Of a stretch of DNA of 64,000 nucleotides, positions 27,664 to 36,056 are shown piece by piece (position 1 is the stretch's first letter; every line of letters begins with the position of its first letter). The notes under the pieces were generated by a model, which was not told the origin of the DNA, searched no databases, and saw only the letters and a list, made by a program, of their open reading frames with translations. Where the stretch lies: assembly GCA_902634765.1 (NCBI GenBank), contig CACPLH010000002.1, positions 6,582 through 70,581 of the forward strand. Reading direction: 5' to 3'. Origin of the DNA: an uncultured Pelagibacteraceae bacterium. Its GTDB lineage: Bacteria > Pseudomonadota > Alphaproteobacteria > Pelagibacterales > AG-422-B15. A program made the position numbers and the translations under genes.

Positions 27664-28800
27664 ATGTCAAAAGGAATTATCTATACACCAAGGGTAAGAA
27701 AGTCACCATTTTTTGAGGAAACATTAAAATACGGTGCAACAAATTTTACTACTTATAATCATATGACCATGCCTGTAGGCTATACGACTCCAGAACAAGA
27801 ATATCAGTCTCTTATTAATGATGTCACTCTCTGGGATGTGGCTGCAGAAAGACAAGTGGAAATTGTAGGCGAAGATGCTTCTAAATTTGTTCAGTACATG
27901 ACACCTCGAAATTTATCTACGTTCAAGGATAATTTCTGTCGATATGCATTCATGACTGATGAGAATGGAGGAATTATTAACGATCCATTAATATTAAAAT
28001 TTAATGAAAATAAGTATTGGTTGAGTATTGCAGACTCAGACGCAATTTTATGGTGTAAAGGAGTCGCATTATCTGGAAATTATAAGGTAAGTATTTCAGA
28101 ACCTGAGGCATGTCCATTATCATTACAAGGTCCTCGTTCAAAAGAATTGATGCGAAAAGTAACTAACGATGACCCAAAAATAATGGGATTAAAATATTAT
28201 CAATTTATAGAAGCTAACTTATTTGGTATTGATTTAATTATCGCGCGGAGTGGGTGGAGTAATCAGTTTGGATACGAAATTTATATAACGAGAGAAATAG
28301 ATGGACCTACCTTGTGGAATTCCCTAATGGAAGCTGGTAAAGAGTTCAAAATTGTACCTAGTTGTCCTAATCAAATTGATAGAATTGAAGCGGGCATGAT
28401 ATCTCACCAAGGTGATACATCCCTGGATGAAAATCCTCTTGAGTTGAACTTACCTAAGTTTTATGACTTGGATCAGGAATCAGATTTTGTAGGCAAAGAA
28501 GCTTTAAAAAAAATTAGAGATGAGGGAATAAAAAAACAGTTTACTGGATTTAAAATTTCAGGAAAAAAGATTGGTTATAATATGGCTAGAATTCCTCTTT
28601 ATGATGAGAAATCTGAAAAAAAAGGATTTATTACAAGCTGTATTTATAGCCCAAATTTTGGATGTAATATTGCCTTGGGATACGTAGATATTGATCTAGT
28701 ATCATCAACTGATATTTTTAATATCAACCATGATGGCGAAGAGAGAGATGTTGAGGTTGTTCCTTTGCCATTTAGCTCAAGACTAGAAAAAATGGAATGA
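27664..28800 (+). CDS. DmdA-like GcvT-family demethylase
   Basis: I start it at ATG 27664 (MSKGIIYTPRVRKSPFF). WDVAAERQVEIVGEDA and ARSGWSNQFGYEIYI closely echo the DMSP demethylase DmdA motifs as I remember them. Confidence 0.8.
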   Translation: MSKGIIYTPRVRKSPFFEETLKYGATNFTTYNHMTMPVGYTTPEQEYQSLINDVTLWDVAAERQVEIVGEDASKFVQYMTPRNLSTFKDNFCRYAFMTDENGGIINDPLILKFNENKYWLSIADSDAILWCKGVALSGNYKVSISEPEACPLSLQGPRSKELMRKVTNDDPKIMGLKYYQFIEANLFGIDLIIARSGWSNQFGYEIYITREIDGPTLWNSLMEAGKEFKIVPSCPNQIDRIEAGMISHQGDTSLDENPLELNLPKFYDLDQESDFVGKEALKKIRDEGIKKQFTGFKISGKKIGYNMARIPLYDEKSEKKGFITSCIYSPNFGCNIALGYVDIDLVSSTDIFNINHDGEERDVEVVPLPFSSRLEKME

Positions 28801-29477
28801 CATTTTTAAAAAGTAAATTTCATAAATTTATTTTTATCTTTACTATTCTTATATCTATTTTTTCAGGATGGTTTTTTTCAGAATATATTATTAAACAAAA
28901 AAATGACGAAACAAACTATATCAACGCTAGTTTTAATCTAATAGATCATCATGGCAATGAGGTTTCTAACCATGATTATATAAATTTTAATAAAGTATTT
29001 TTTTTTGGATTTACTCATTGTCCAGATGTTTGTCCAATGGGAATTAGTGTTTTATCAAATGTTATTGACGAATTAAGTGATCTATCAATTAACAAATTTT
29101 TATTTATTAGCGTAGATCCTGATAGGGATACGCCAAAAAGAATGAATAAATACTTATCAAATTTTAATAACGAAATTATTGGTCTTACGGGTGACTATGA
29201 GTCGTTGAAGCCTGTTTGGGAAAACTTCTTTGTCCATGTTAAAAGTGACATGACACAAGACAAGGAGCCCTATTCTAATTTTGATAATATAAAAAAACAA
29301 AACTCACATGACAATCATAATTCAGATAATCATTCGCTTAGTGAAGTGTCAGAAAATAATTATATTGTGCAACACAGTGCGTTTTATTTTATATTTGATC
29401 GTAAAGATAATCTAAAAACAATTTTACCATTTGGATCAAGTTCTGAAGAAATACTAGCTGAATTATCAAATCTATAA
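28797..29477 (+). CDS. SCO1/SenC-family copper chaperone / thiol-disulfide oxidoreductase
   Basis: 226 aa. Has an N-terminal TM anchor, the THCPDVCP CxxxC motif (29019-29033), and a distal His in VQHSAFYF. An ATGA overlap joins it to the upstream gene. Confidence 0.8.
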   Translation: MTFLKSKFHKFIFIFTILISIFSGWFFSEYIIKQKNDETNYINASFNLIDHHGNEVSNHDYINFNKVFFFGFTHCPDVCPMGISVLSNVIDELSDLSINKFLFISVDPDRDTPKRMNKYLSNFNNEIIGLTGDYESLKPVWENFFVHVKSDMTQDKEPYSNFDNIKKQNSHDNHNSDNHSLSEVSENNYIVQHSAFYFIFDRKDNLKTILPFGSSSEEILAELSNL

Positions 29478-29484
29478 TTTATTT

Positions 29485-29727
29485 ATGAAAAAAATTATAA
29501 GCTATTTTATTTTACTAATTTTATTTTATGCATGTTCAGAGAGAATAGAATATAAAGAATTAGCCTCAGAAAAAGCAAAAGAAATGAATTGTATGGATGA
29601 TATAGAGCTTCTTGTGAAAAATGATAAAGTTGAATTGTGGGCTTCATATAGTCAATCTGAAGACGGGTTACTTTGTGTTTATACATGTAAAAATGATGTT
29701 TGTTATTATTCAACTGAAAGAGATTAA
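29485..29727 (+). CDS. Small secreted/lipoprotein-like Cys-rich hypothetical protein
   Basis: 80 aa. Has a signal-like N-terminus ending LFYAC (weak lipobox) and four further Cys residues (C36, C64, C68, C73). Confidence 0.45.
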   Translation: MKKIISYFILLILFYACSERIEYKELASEKAKEMNCMDDIELLVKNDKVELWASYSQSEDGLLCVYTCKNDVCYYSTERD

Positions 29728-29729
29728 AA

Positions 29730-30602
29730 ATGAAAAGTAATACATCTGACTTTTATATTGTAATAATTCCAATTGTAATAATGATTTGCCTTGCTTGGAC
29801 GTACTTATTTATTTTCTCAAATGAAATGGACATGGACATGAGTTCAATGGACATGAGTTCAATGGATATGAACAATGACATGAGTATGGACTCTCAGGAC
29901 ATGGACATGAGTTCAGTTGATATGAACAATGACATGAATATGGATTCATCAAAAAAATTTTCTTTATTCGCAATGCCAATGGATAGCAACTGGTCTATTA
30001 ATGATTTTATTGTAATGAATCTAATGTGGATAATTATGATGTTTGCAATGATGTTTCCATCATCACTAATGTTCCTTTTTCTTTTCTATTCTATGAGAAG
30101 CAATATGGCTATTGTAAAAAATCCAAAATCAGAAATTGTCTTACTGTCTTTAATGTACTTTTCTATATGGACTTTATTTTCAATTGCAGCTTGTTATCTT
30201 CAATATATTTTTCATAATTATAGTGTAGTAAACATGATGGGAATGTTAACAAGCAACAAGGCTGCCGCAATAACATTAATTGGCGCAGGATTATTTCAGT
30301 TTTCTAGTTTTAAAGATGCTTGTTTAGAAAAATGTAGAAATCCACTTGCATTTATTATGGGCACGAAAATTAGTTCCAATTACGATGTTTTAAAGCTAGG
30401 ACTTTTACACGGCCTGTATTGCCTTGGATGCTGTTGGGCGCTTATGCTCATTTTATTTGTCAACGGTGTTATGAATATGCTCTGGATTGTGATCCTTACA
30501 ATAGCCGTTTTATCTGAAAAAATAATTCCATTTGAGAAACTTACTTCTAGATTTTTTGGCCTAATTCTAGTATTTTGGGGTTCTTATTTAATTTTTATTT
30601 AA
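29730..30602 (+). CDS. DUF2182-like predicted metal-binding integral membrane protein
   Basis: 290 aa polytopic protein. HGLYCLGCCWALM matches the conserved CxGCCW segment I associate with DUF2182. A Met/Asp repeat loop follows TM1. Confidence 0.65.
   Translation: MKSNTSDFYIVIIPIVIMICLAWTYLFIFSNEMDMDMSSMDMSSMDMNNDMSMDSQDMDMSSVDMNNDMNMDSSKKFSLFAMPMDSNWSINDFIVMNLMWIIMMFAMMFPSSLMFLFLFYSMRSNMAIVKNPKSEIVLLSLMYFSIWTLFSIAACYLQYIFHNYSVVNMMGMLTSNKAAAITLIGAGLFQFSSFKDACLEKCRNPLAFIMGTKISSNYDVLKLGLLHGLYCLGCCWALMLILFVNGVMNMLWIVILTIAVLSEKIIPFEKLTSRFFGLILVFWGSYLIFI
29826..29945 (+). repeat. Nested in-frame tandem repeat encoding a Met/Asp-rich loop
   Basis: Consists of 15-nt ATGGACATGAGTTCA units plus two imperfect copies of about 48 nt (ATGGACATGAGTTCAATGGATATGAACAATGACATGAGTATGGAC and ..CAGTTGATATGAACAATGACATGAATATGGAT). 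Encodes MDMDMSSMDMSSMDMNNDMSMDSQDMDMSSVDMNNDMNMD. Confidence 0.85.
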
Positions 30603-30605
30603 CCT

Positions 30606-31286
30606 ATGACCGCAAATCCTTTTAATCTTCATTGGGAAATTAATGGCCACTTTCTATTGAACTGTAATTGTGATGTTTTTTGTAATTGTCCTATGTCCTT
30701 AGGGCGTGCAGTTCCTAATTCACCGAATGGAAAATGTTTTTCCTGGTGGGGAATCATTATTGAAGATGGTTGGGCTGAAGAAAAATGGTCTGGTTTTAAT
30801 CCAATGAAGAGAGAGCAAAAGGGTATTATTGATTTAAGCGGTTTGAACGTTGCAATTTTGCTTGAAGTTCCTGGGCCATTATCTATGGGAGGATGGACAG
30901 CGGGTTTATATTTTGATGAAAAGGCGTCTGATGATGCAGCTGATGCATTATTAAAAATATTTTCAGGTAATGCAGGAGGGCAAACTGGATGGTTTTCATC
31001 TATGATTTCTAATTTCTTGGGAGTTAAGAGAGCATCTATCACTTATAAAGAAACAGAAACTGGTTGGACTTATACAATTCCAGATATCTTAGATGGTAGA
31101 ATTGAAAAAGAGCCAGGTCTACAAAGAGGCGAAGACATCAAGGTTTCCAATCTTAAATATTGGGTTGCCCCCGAGATTATTGTAGGTCGAGGTGGAAAAA
31201 GAAGTAAAATTAAAGACCATGGACGTAATTGGGATTTCACAGGAGGAAGTGCAGAATACTGCGCCGTTGAGTGGTCAGGTCCATAA
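30606..31286 (+). CDS. DUF1326-like Cys-rich protein
   Basis: 226 aa. Five N-terminal cysteines (NCNCDVFCNCP...GKC) fit the family description of about 210 aa with 5 conserved N-terminal Cys. Confidence 0.65.
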   Translation: MTANPFNLHWEINGHFLLNCNCDVFCNCPMSLGRAVPNSPNGKCFSWWGIIIEDGWAEEKWSGFNPMKREQKGIIDLSGLNVAILLEVPGPLSMGGWTAGLYFDEKASDDAADALLKIFSGNAGGQTGWFSSMISNFLGVKRASITYKETETGWTYTIPDILDGRIEKEPGLQRGEDIKVSNLKYWVAPEIIVGRGGKRSKIKDHGRNWDFTGGSAEYCAVEWSGP

Positions 31287-31301
31287 AAATTAAGGAGAAT
31301 T

Positions 31302-33737
31302 ATGAAATCTAGAGCAAAAGCAGTTGTGATAGGTGGAGGTGTTGTAGGTGTAAGTACTTTATATCACCTCGCTAAAAAAGGGTGGTCAGATGTTGTTCTG
31401 TGTGAGAGAAAAGAACTAACCTCAGGTTCAACTTGGCATGCCGCTGGCCTCCTACCTCTTTTCAATATGAGTTACTCAGTTGGACAGCTTCACAAATATT
31501 CAGTTAAGTTTTATCAAGAACTACAAAAAGCGACAGGTCAAGAAGTAGGGTTTAGTAATGTTAGTAATATTCGATTGGCAGAAACACAAGATCGAATGGA
31601 TGAATATAAACAATATGCTGGGGTTGCTCAAACTATTGGAGTTGATGTTAAATTTCTATCGCCAGATGATATAAAAGAAATCTGGCCTTTATGTAATACC
31701 GATGGTCTTATAGGTGCAATTCAACATCCTGAAGATGGATATATTCAACCGAATGATTTGACTCAAGCACTAGCAAAAGGAGCGAGATCGCTAGGTGCTG
31801 AAATTTATCGTCAAACAACTGTAATTGGCTTAGAGCAGCAGCCGGACGATTCATGGATTGTTAAAACTGATAAAGGCGATATTCATGCAGATGTAATTAT
31901 TTCATGTTCTGGAAACTTTGTAAGACAAACTGGTGAAATGGTTGGATTAGATATCCCAGTTATTCCTGTTGAACATCAATACATTGTGACTGAGCCTCAT
32001 CCAGAAATTGTAAAAAGAAAAGAAGCTGGTCTCCCTGAAATGGGTGTGTTGAGAGGGTCTGATGGCTCTTGGTATATGAGAGAAGAAGCTGGGGGATTAA
32101 TTTTAGGACCATATGAAAAAGGTGCGCCATGCTGTTATGTAGATGGACCTAGCAATGATTGTGAATATGAACTATTTCAAGAAGATTTGGATCGTCTTGG
32201 ACCTCATATTGAACATGCGATTAATAGAGTTCCCATCTTTGGTGAAGTGGGTATTAAAAAAGTTTATAACGGTGCAATTTGTTATACACCAGATGGTAGC
32301 CCAATTGTAGGGCCTGCATGGGATAGAAAAAATCTTTATTTAAATGATGGACATTCTTTTGGCATTACTGCTGCTGGTGGAGCTGGATGGCAATTAGCCG
32401 AATGGATTGTTGATGGAGAACCAACCGTTGATATGCTTGGTGTTGAACCTAGAAGGTTTGGGGATTATGCTTCAAAAGCTTATCTTATTAAGAAGAATGA
32501 AGAAGCTTACGCAAATGTATTTACAATTCATTACCCTGATGAAGAGCGAGATGCTGGAAGACCTCTAAGGCAAGCACCTTGTTATGATCGATTAAAAAAC
32601 TTAGGTGCAGTTTTTGGACAAAAATTTGGCTGGGAAAGAGCAAACTGGTTTGCTCCTGAAGGTGTTGAACAAGTTGATGACTGGTCTTTCAGAAGATCTA
32701 AATGGTTTGAGCACATTGGAAACGAATGTAAAAACGTCGTTGAAAATGTAGGCCTGTTAGATATGAGTGCATTTGCAAAATGTAGAATAAGTGGCCCTGG
32801 CGCCGAATCTTTTCTTGATAACCTCGTTGCAAATAAATTGCCAAAAAAGATTGGAAGAACAAACCTTTGTCACGCTCTTAATACAAAAGGTGGTGTTCAT
32901 TCTGAATTTACTATTATGCGTGAAAGTGAAGATAGTTTTTATTGCGTATCAGCAGGAGCTTGGCAAAGACTAGATCATGATTGGATCAAAAAGCATATGC
33001 CTAATGATAGATCTGTTTCTATGGAGAATCTTACAAACAGTATGGGAGTTTTGGTTGTTGCTGGACCAAAATCTAGACAATTGCTTGAAAAAATATCAAA
33101 TGATGACTTTTCGAATGAAGCGTTTCCATGGCTATCTGGAAAAATGATCAATGTAGGTTTGGCTGAAACATTGGCCTTGAGAGTAAACTTTGTAGGTGAA
33201 TTAGGATGGGAACTGCATATGCCTATTGATTCACAAAATACAATTTTTGATGCGCTAATGGAAGCTGGTGAGGAATTTGGAATCAAACCTTTTGGTATCC
33301 GAGCGATGGACTCGCTTAGAATAGAAAAATCTTATCGATTAGTTGGTACTGAATTATCGATTGAATATGCAGCCTATGAATCTGGTTTAGATCGGTTTGT
33401 ACATCCGAATAAAGGTGATTTTATTGGTCGAGATGCACTTGTTCAGTGGAGGGAAAAGGGTTTTGATAATAAATTTGTTACGTTAGAAGTTCATGATGTA
33501 ACCGATGCCGATGCTTTAGGTAATAATCCAATATACCAAGATGGCAATGTTGTTGGGAGAGCAACTGGCGGAAATTATGGTTTTAGAATTCAAAAATCAA
33601 TTGGTCTTGCAATGGTAAATCCAAAATGTGCCGAACCTGGCACAAAACTTACTATGGATATTTTAGGTACTATGCATGATGTTACTGTTATTGAAGAAAG
33701 CCCTTATGACCCAACCAATGAAAAGCTTAGATCATAG
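31302..33737 (+). CDS. Dimethylglycine dehydrogenase-like (FAD DAO domain fused to GcvT folate-binding domains)
   Basis: 811 aa. Has the GGGVVGVS FAD motif, STWHAAGL, and a C-terminal aminomethyltransferase-like region. AAGGAG RBS present. Confidence 0.88.
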   Translation: MKSRAKAVVIGGGVVGVSTLYHLAKKGWSDVVLCERKELTSGSTWHAAGLLPLFNMSYSVGQLHKYSVKFYQELQKATGQEVGFSNVSNIRLAETQDRMDEYKQYAGVAQTIGVDVKFLSPDDIKEIWPLCNTDGLIGAIQHPEDGYIQPNDLTQALAKGARSLGAEIYRQTTVIGLEQQPDDSWIVKTDKGDIHADVIISCSGNFVRQTGEMVGLDIPVIPVEHQYIVTEPHPEIVKRKEAGLPEMGVLRGSDGSWYMREEAGGLILGPYEKGAPCCYVDGPSNDCEYELFQEDLDRLGPHIEHAINRVPIFGEVGIKKVYNGAICYTPDGSPIVGPAWDRKNLYLNDGHSFGITAAGGAGWQLAEWIVDGEPTVDMLGVEPRRFGDYASKAYLIKKNEEAYANVFTIHYPDEERDAGRPLRQAPCYDRLKNLGAVFGQKFGWERANWFAPEGVEQVDDWSFRRSKWFEHIGNECKNVVENVGLLDMSAFAKCRISGPGAESFLDNLVANKLPKKIGRTNLCHALNTKGGVHSEFTIMRESEDSFYCVSAGAWQRLDHDWIKKHMPNDRSVSMENLTNSMGVLVVAGPKSRQLLEKISNDDFSNEAFPWLSGKMINVGLAETLALRVNFVGELGWELHMPIDSQNTIFDALMEAGEEFGIKPFGIRAMDSLRIEKSYRLVGTELSIEYAAYESGLDRFVHPNKGDFIGRDALVQWREKGFDNKFVTLEVHDVTDADALGNNPIYQDGNVVGRATGGNYGFRIQKSIGLAMVNPKCAEPGTKLTMDILGTMHDVTVIEESPYDPTNEKLRS

Positions 33738-33748
33738 AAAAATCTCTA

Positions 33749-34828
33749 ATGTCTAAGGCGTTAGATTTTTATCTTGATTTATGTTCTTCTGGGGCGATTG
33801 AAAAAGACCAAAATCAAATCGATTTACTAACAGAATTAGAGATATTTCTATCTAACTCTGACGAGAATTTTTTTTCAAAAATTTTTAAATTTTCATCACA
33901 AGAAAATTCTTTAACTTGTTTTTATTTACACGGCAATGTTGGATCTGGAAAAACTCTTTTAATGGATTTAATTTCAAAAGTAATTTTATCCAAGAAGTTT
34001 ATGAGAATTCATTTTCATGAATTCATGATTAAAACTCATAATTCTCTCCATGAATTAAGAGCTAAGAACTATTCAAAAGATGACTTGATTGCAAGTTACG
34101 CAAAAATGATTCAATTAGAAACAGACATAATTTTTTTTGATGAATTCCAAGTTACAAACATTGCTGACGCAATGATACTAAGCCAGCTTTTTACTGAATT
34201 CTTTAATAGGAAGATAAAAATAGTTTTAACTACAAATATATTTCCAGATGATTTATATAAAGATGGTTTGCAAAGAGATCTTTTTTTACCCTTTATCGAG
34301 CTTATTAAGAAAAAATCAAAAATCTTTGAACTAAATACAGGTAAAGACTATAGGAAATTAAATCTAAAAAATGATGAAGTTTACTTTTCTCCTATAAATT
34401 TAGCTACATCTCATAAAATAAATGATTTGTACATTAAACTTTCTGAGAACAGTGAAGAAATTAATAAAATTATAAACGTAAAAGGAAGAGAAGTTGTAAT
34501 AAAGAGATTGGCTAAAAGAGTATCTAGGTTTTATTTCGATGAGATATGTGGACTGCCTTTGGGCGCCGAAGATTACCTAAGCATGATAAGCTTTTTTGAT
34601 ACAATTATTATAGAAAATATAAAAAACTTTTCTAATGAAAGTATAAATGAGCAACTTAGATTTATAAACCTTGTTGATGTATTATATGACAATAATATTA
34701 ATTTAGTACTTAGCAGTACAGTGAATATTAGTGAAATAGACTCCGCTTTTCATTTAAAAGAAAAATTTAAAAGAACACGGAGTAGACTTGAAGAAATGAA
34801 ATCAAGAAAATATAGAGACACATCATGA
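33749..34828 (+). CDS. AFG1/ZapE-family ATPase
   Basis: 359 aa. Has Walker A GNVGSGKT, Walker B IIFFDEF, and the AFG1-like N-terminal LxxD..Q region. Confidence 0.8.
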   Translation: MSKALDFYLDLCSSGAIEKDQNQIDLLTELEIFLSNSDENFFSKIFKFSSQENSLTCFYLHGNVGSGKTLLMDLISKVILSKKFMRIHFHEFMIKTHNSLHELRAKNYSKDDLIASYAKMIQLETDIIFFDEFQVTNIADAMILSQLFTEFFNRKIKIVLTTNIFPDDLYKDGLQRDLFLPFIELIKKKSKIFELNTGKDYRKLNLKNDEVYFSPINLATSHKINDLYIKLSENSEEINKIINVKGREVVIKRLAKRVSRFYFDEICGLPLGAEDYLSMISFFDTIIIENIKNFSNESINEQLRFINLVDVLYDNNINLVLSSTVNISEIDSAFHLKEKFKRTRSRLEEMKSRKYRDTS

Positions 34829-36054
34829 AAGTTGCAGTAATTGGAGCAGGAATAGTTGGCTTGTCTACTGCAAATTGGCTGAAGAGATATGGTCAGGATG
34901 TGACACTTTTTGATAGAGAAGATCCAGGCAGTCAAGCCAGTTTTGGAAATGCAGGAACATATGCAAAATATGCCAATATACCAACTAATTCATCATCATT
35001 TTTTTATCTTTTTCCATATTTATTACTAAATAAAAATAGTCCCTTATTTTTTAAAAAAGGAAAATTTATTCAATCCTTGCCATGGCTGATGCAATATTTA
35101 AGCAATTGCAGACAGTCGAAAGTTAGAGATACATCAAATAAACTAACTACATTACTTTCATTAGTTGATGAAGGATACGAAGATTTATTTAATGATGCTG
35201 ATATTGAAAATTTAATTTCACGCGAAAGTATTTTTTATGTCTGGTCAAATAAATTATTTTATAATTCTGCAAGGAAAGATTTTGAAACTCGAGAAAAAAC
35301 TGGGGTAAAAATAGAAATTATTTCTAAAAATGAAATCAATGATGTTGAGCCAAATATAAATAATATTTTTTACAAAGGGGCTTTATTTAAAGGATCATAT
35401 TTTGCAAAAAATCCAAAAAAAATCAGTGAAAAACTACTGCAGCTCTTTATTGAAAAGGGTGGAAATTTTAAAAAAGAAAAGATTGAAGAAATTAAAATTC
35501 TAGACACAAATAAAGTAAATATTCACACAAATGAAAATACTTATATTTATGATCGCATCGTTTTATGTGCAGGAGTATGGTCAAAAAAATTAACCGATAA
35601 ACTTGGTGAGAATATTCCATTAGCAAGTGAGAGAGGTTACCATTTGATGTATCCTCATCCTGAAAATTCAATCTCAAGACCAATTGCTTGGCAAGAAAGA
35701 GGCGTATATTTTACCCCAATGCAAGACGGTCTTCGAGCAGGAGGTGTGGTGGAGTTAGGGGGCAATTCAAATGAAATAAGTTCCAAGGTCGTGACTTATT
35801 TAAAAAGAGCTACAAAGGCCGTTTTTCCTAACATAAACAATCATTTAAGTGAATGGGTTGGCTTTAGACCTTCAGTGCCAGACTCTCTGCCGGTCATTGG
35901 ACAATCAAAAAAAAATCCTTATATTTACTACTGCTTTGGGCATCAACATATTGGATGGTCTCTAGGCGGTATCTCTGGAAAACTTATCGCACAAGAAATT
36001 TGTGCTAATAAAACAGATATAGATTTAAAACCTTTTTCTGTAGGAAGATTTTAA
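34825..36054 (+). CDS. FAD-dependent oxidoreductase (D-amino-acid dehydrogenase/DAO family)
   Basis: 409 aa. N-terminal [14 protein letters not shown] and DAO-type C-terminal GHQHIGW. An ATGA overlap joins it to the upstream gene. Confidence 0.8.
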   Translation: MKVAVIGAGIVGLSTANWLKRYGQDVTLFDREDPGSQASFGNAGTYAKYANIPTNSSSFFYLFPYLLLNKNSPLFFKKGKFIQSLPWLMQYLSNCRQSKVRDTSNKLTTLLSLVDEGYEDLFNDADIENLISRESIFYVWSNKLFYNSARKDFETREKTGVKIEIISKNEINDVEPNINNIFYKGALFKGSYFAKNPKKISEKLLQLFIEKGGNFKKEKIEEIKILDTNKVNIHTNENTYIYDRIVLCAGVWSKKLTDKLGENIPLASERGYHLMYPHPENSISRPIAWQERGVYFTPMQDGLRAGGVVELGGNSNEISSKVVTYLKRATKAVFPNINNHLSEWVGFRPSVPDSLPVIGQSKKNPYIYYCFGHQHIGWSLGGISGKLIAQEICANKTDIDLKPFSVGRF

Positions 36055-36056
36055 TT

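Noticed and set aside
28998-29006. A T9 homopolymer inside the SCO1-like gene (and similar A9/T8-9 runs at about 9880, 27653 and 34130) as possible phase-variation switches.
   Set aside because: The runs encode ordinary Phe/Lys stretches and are expected at this AT content. No alternative frame continues productively.
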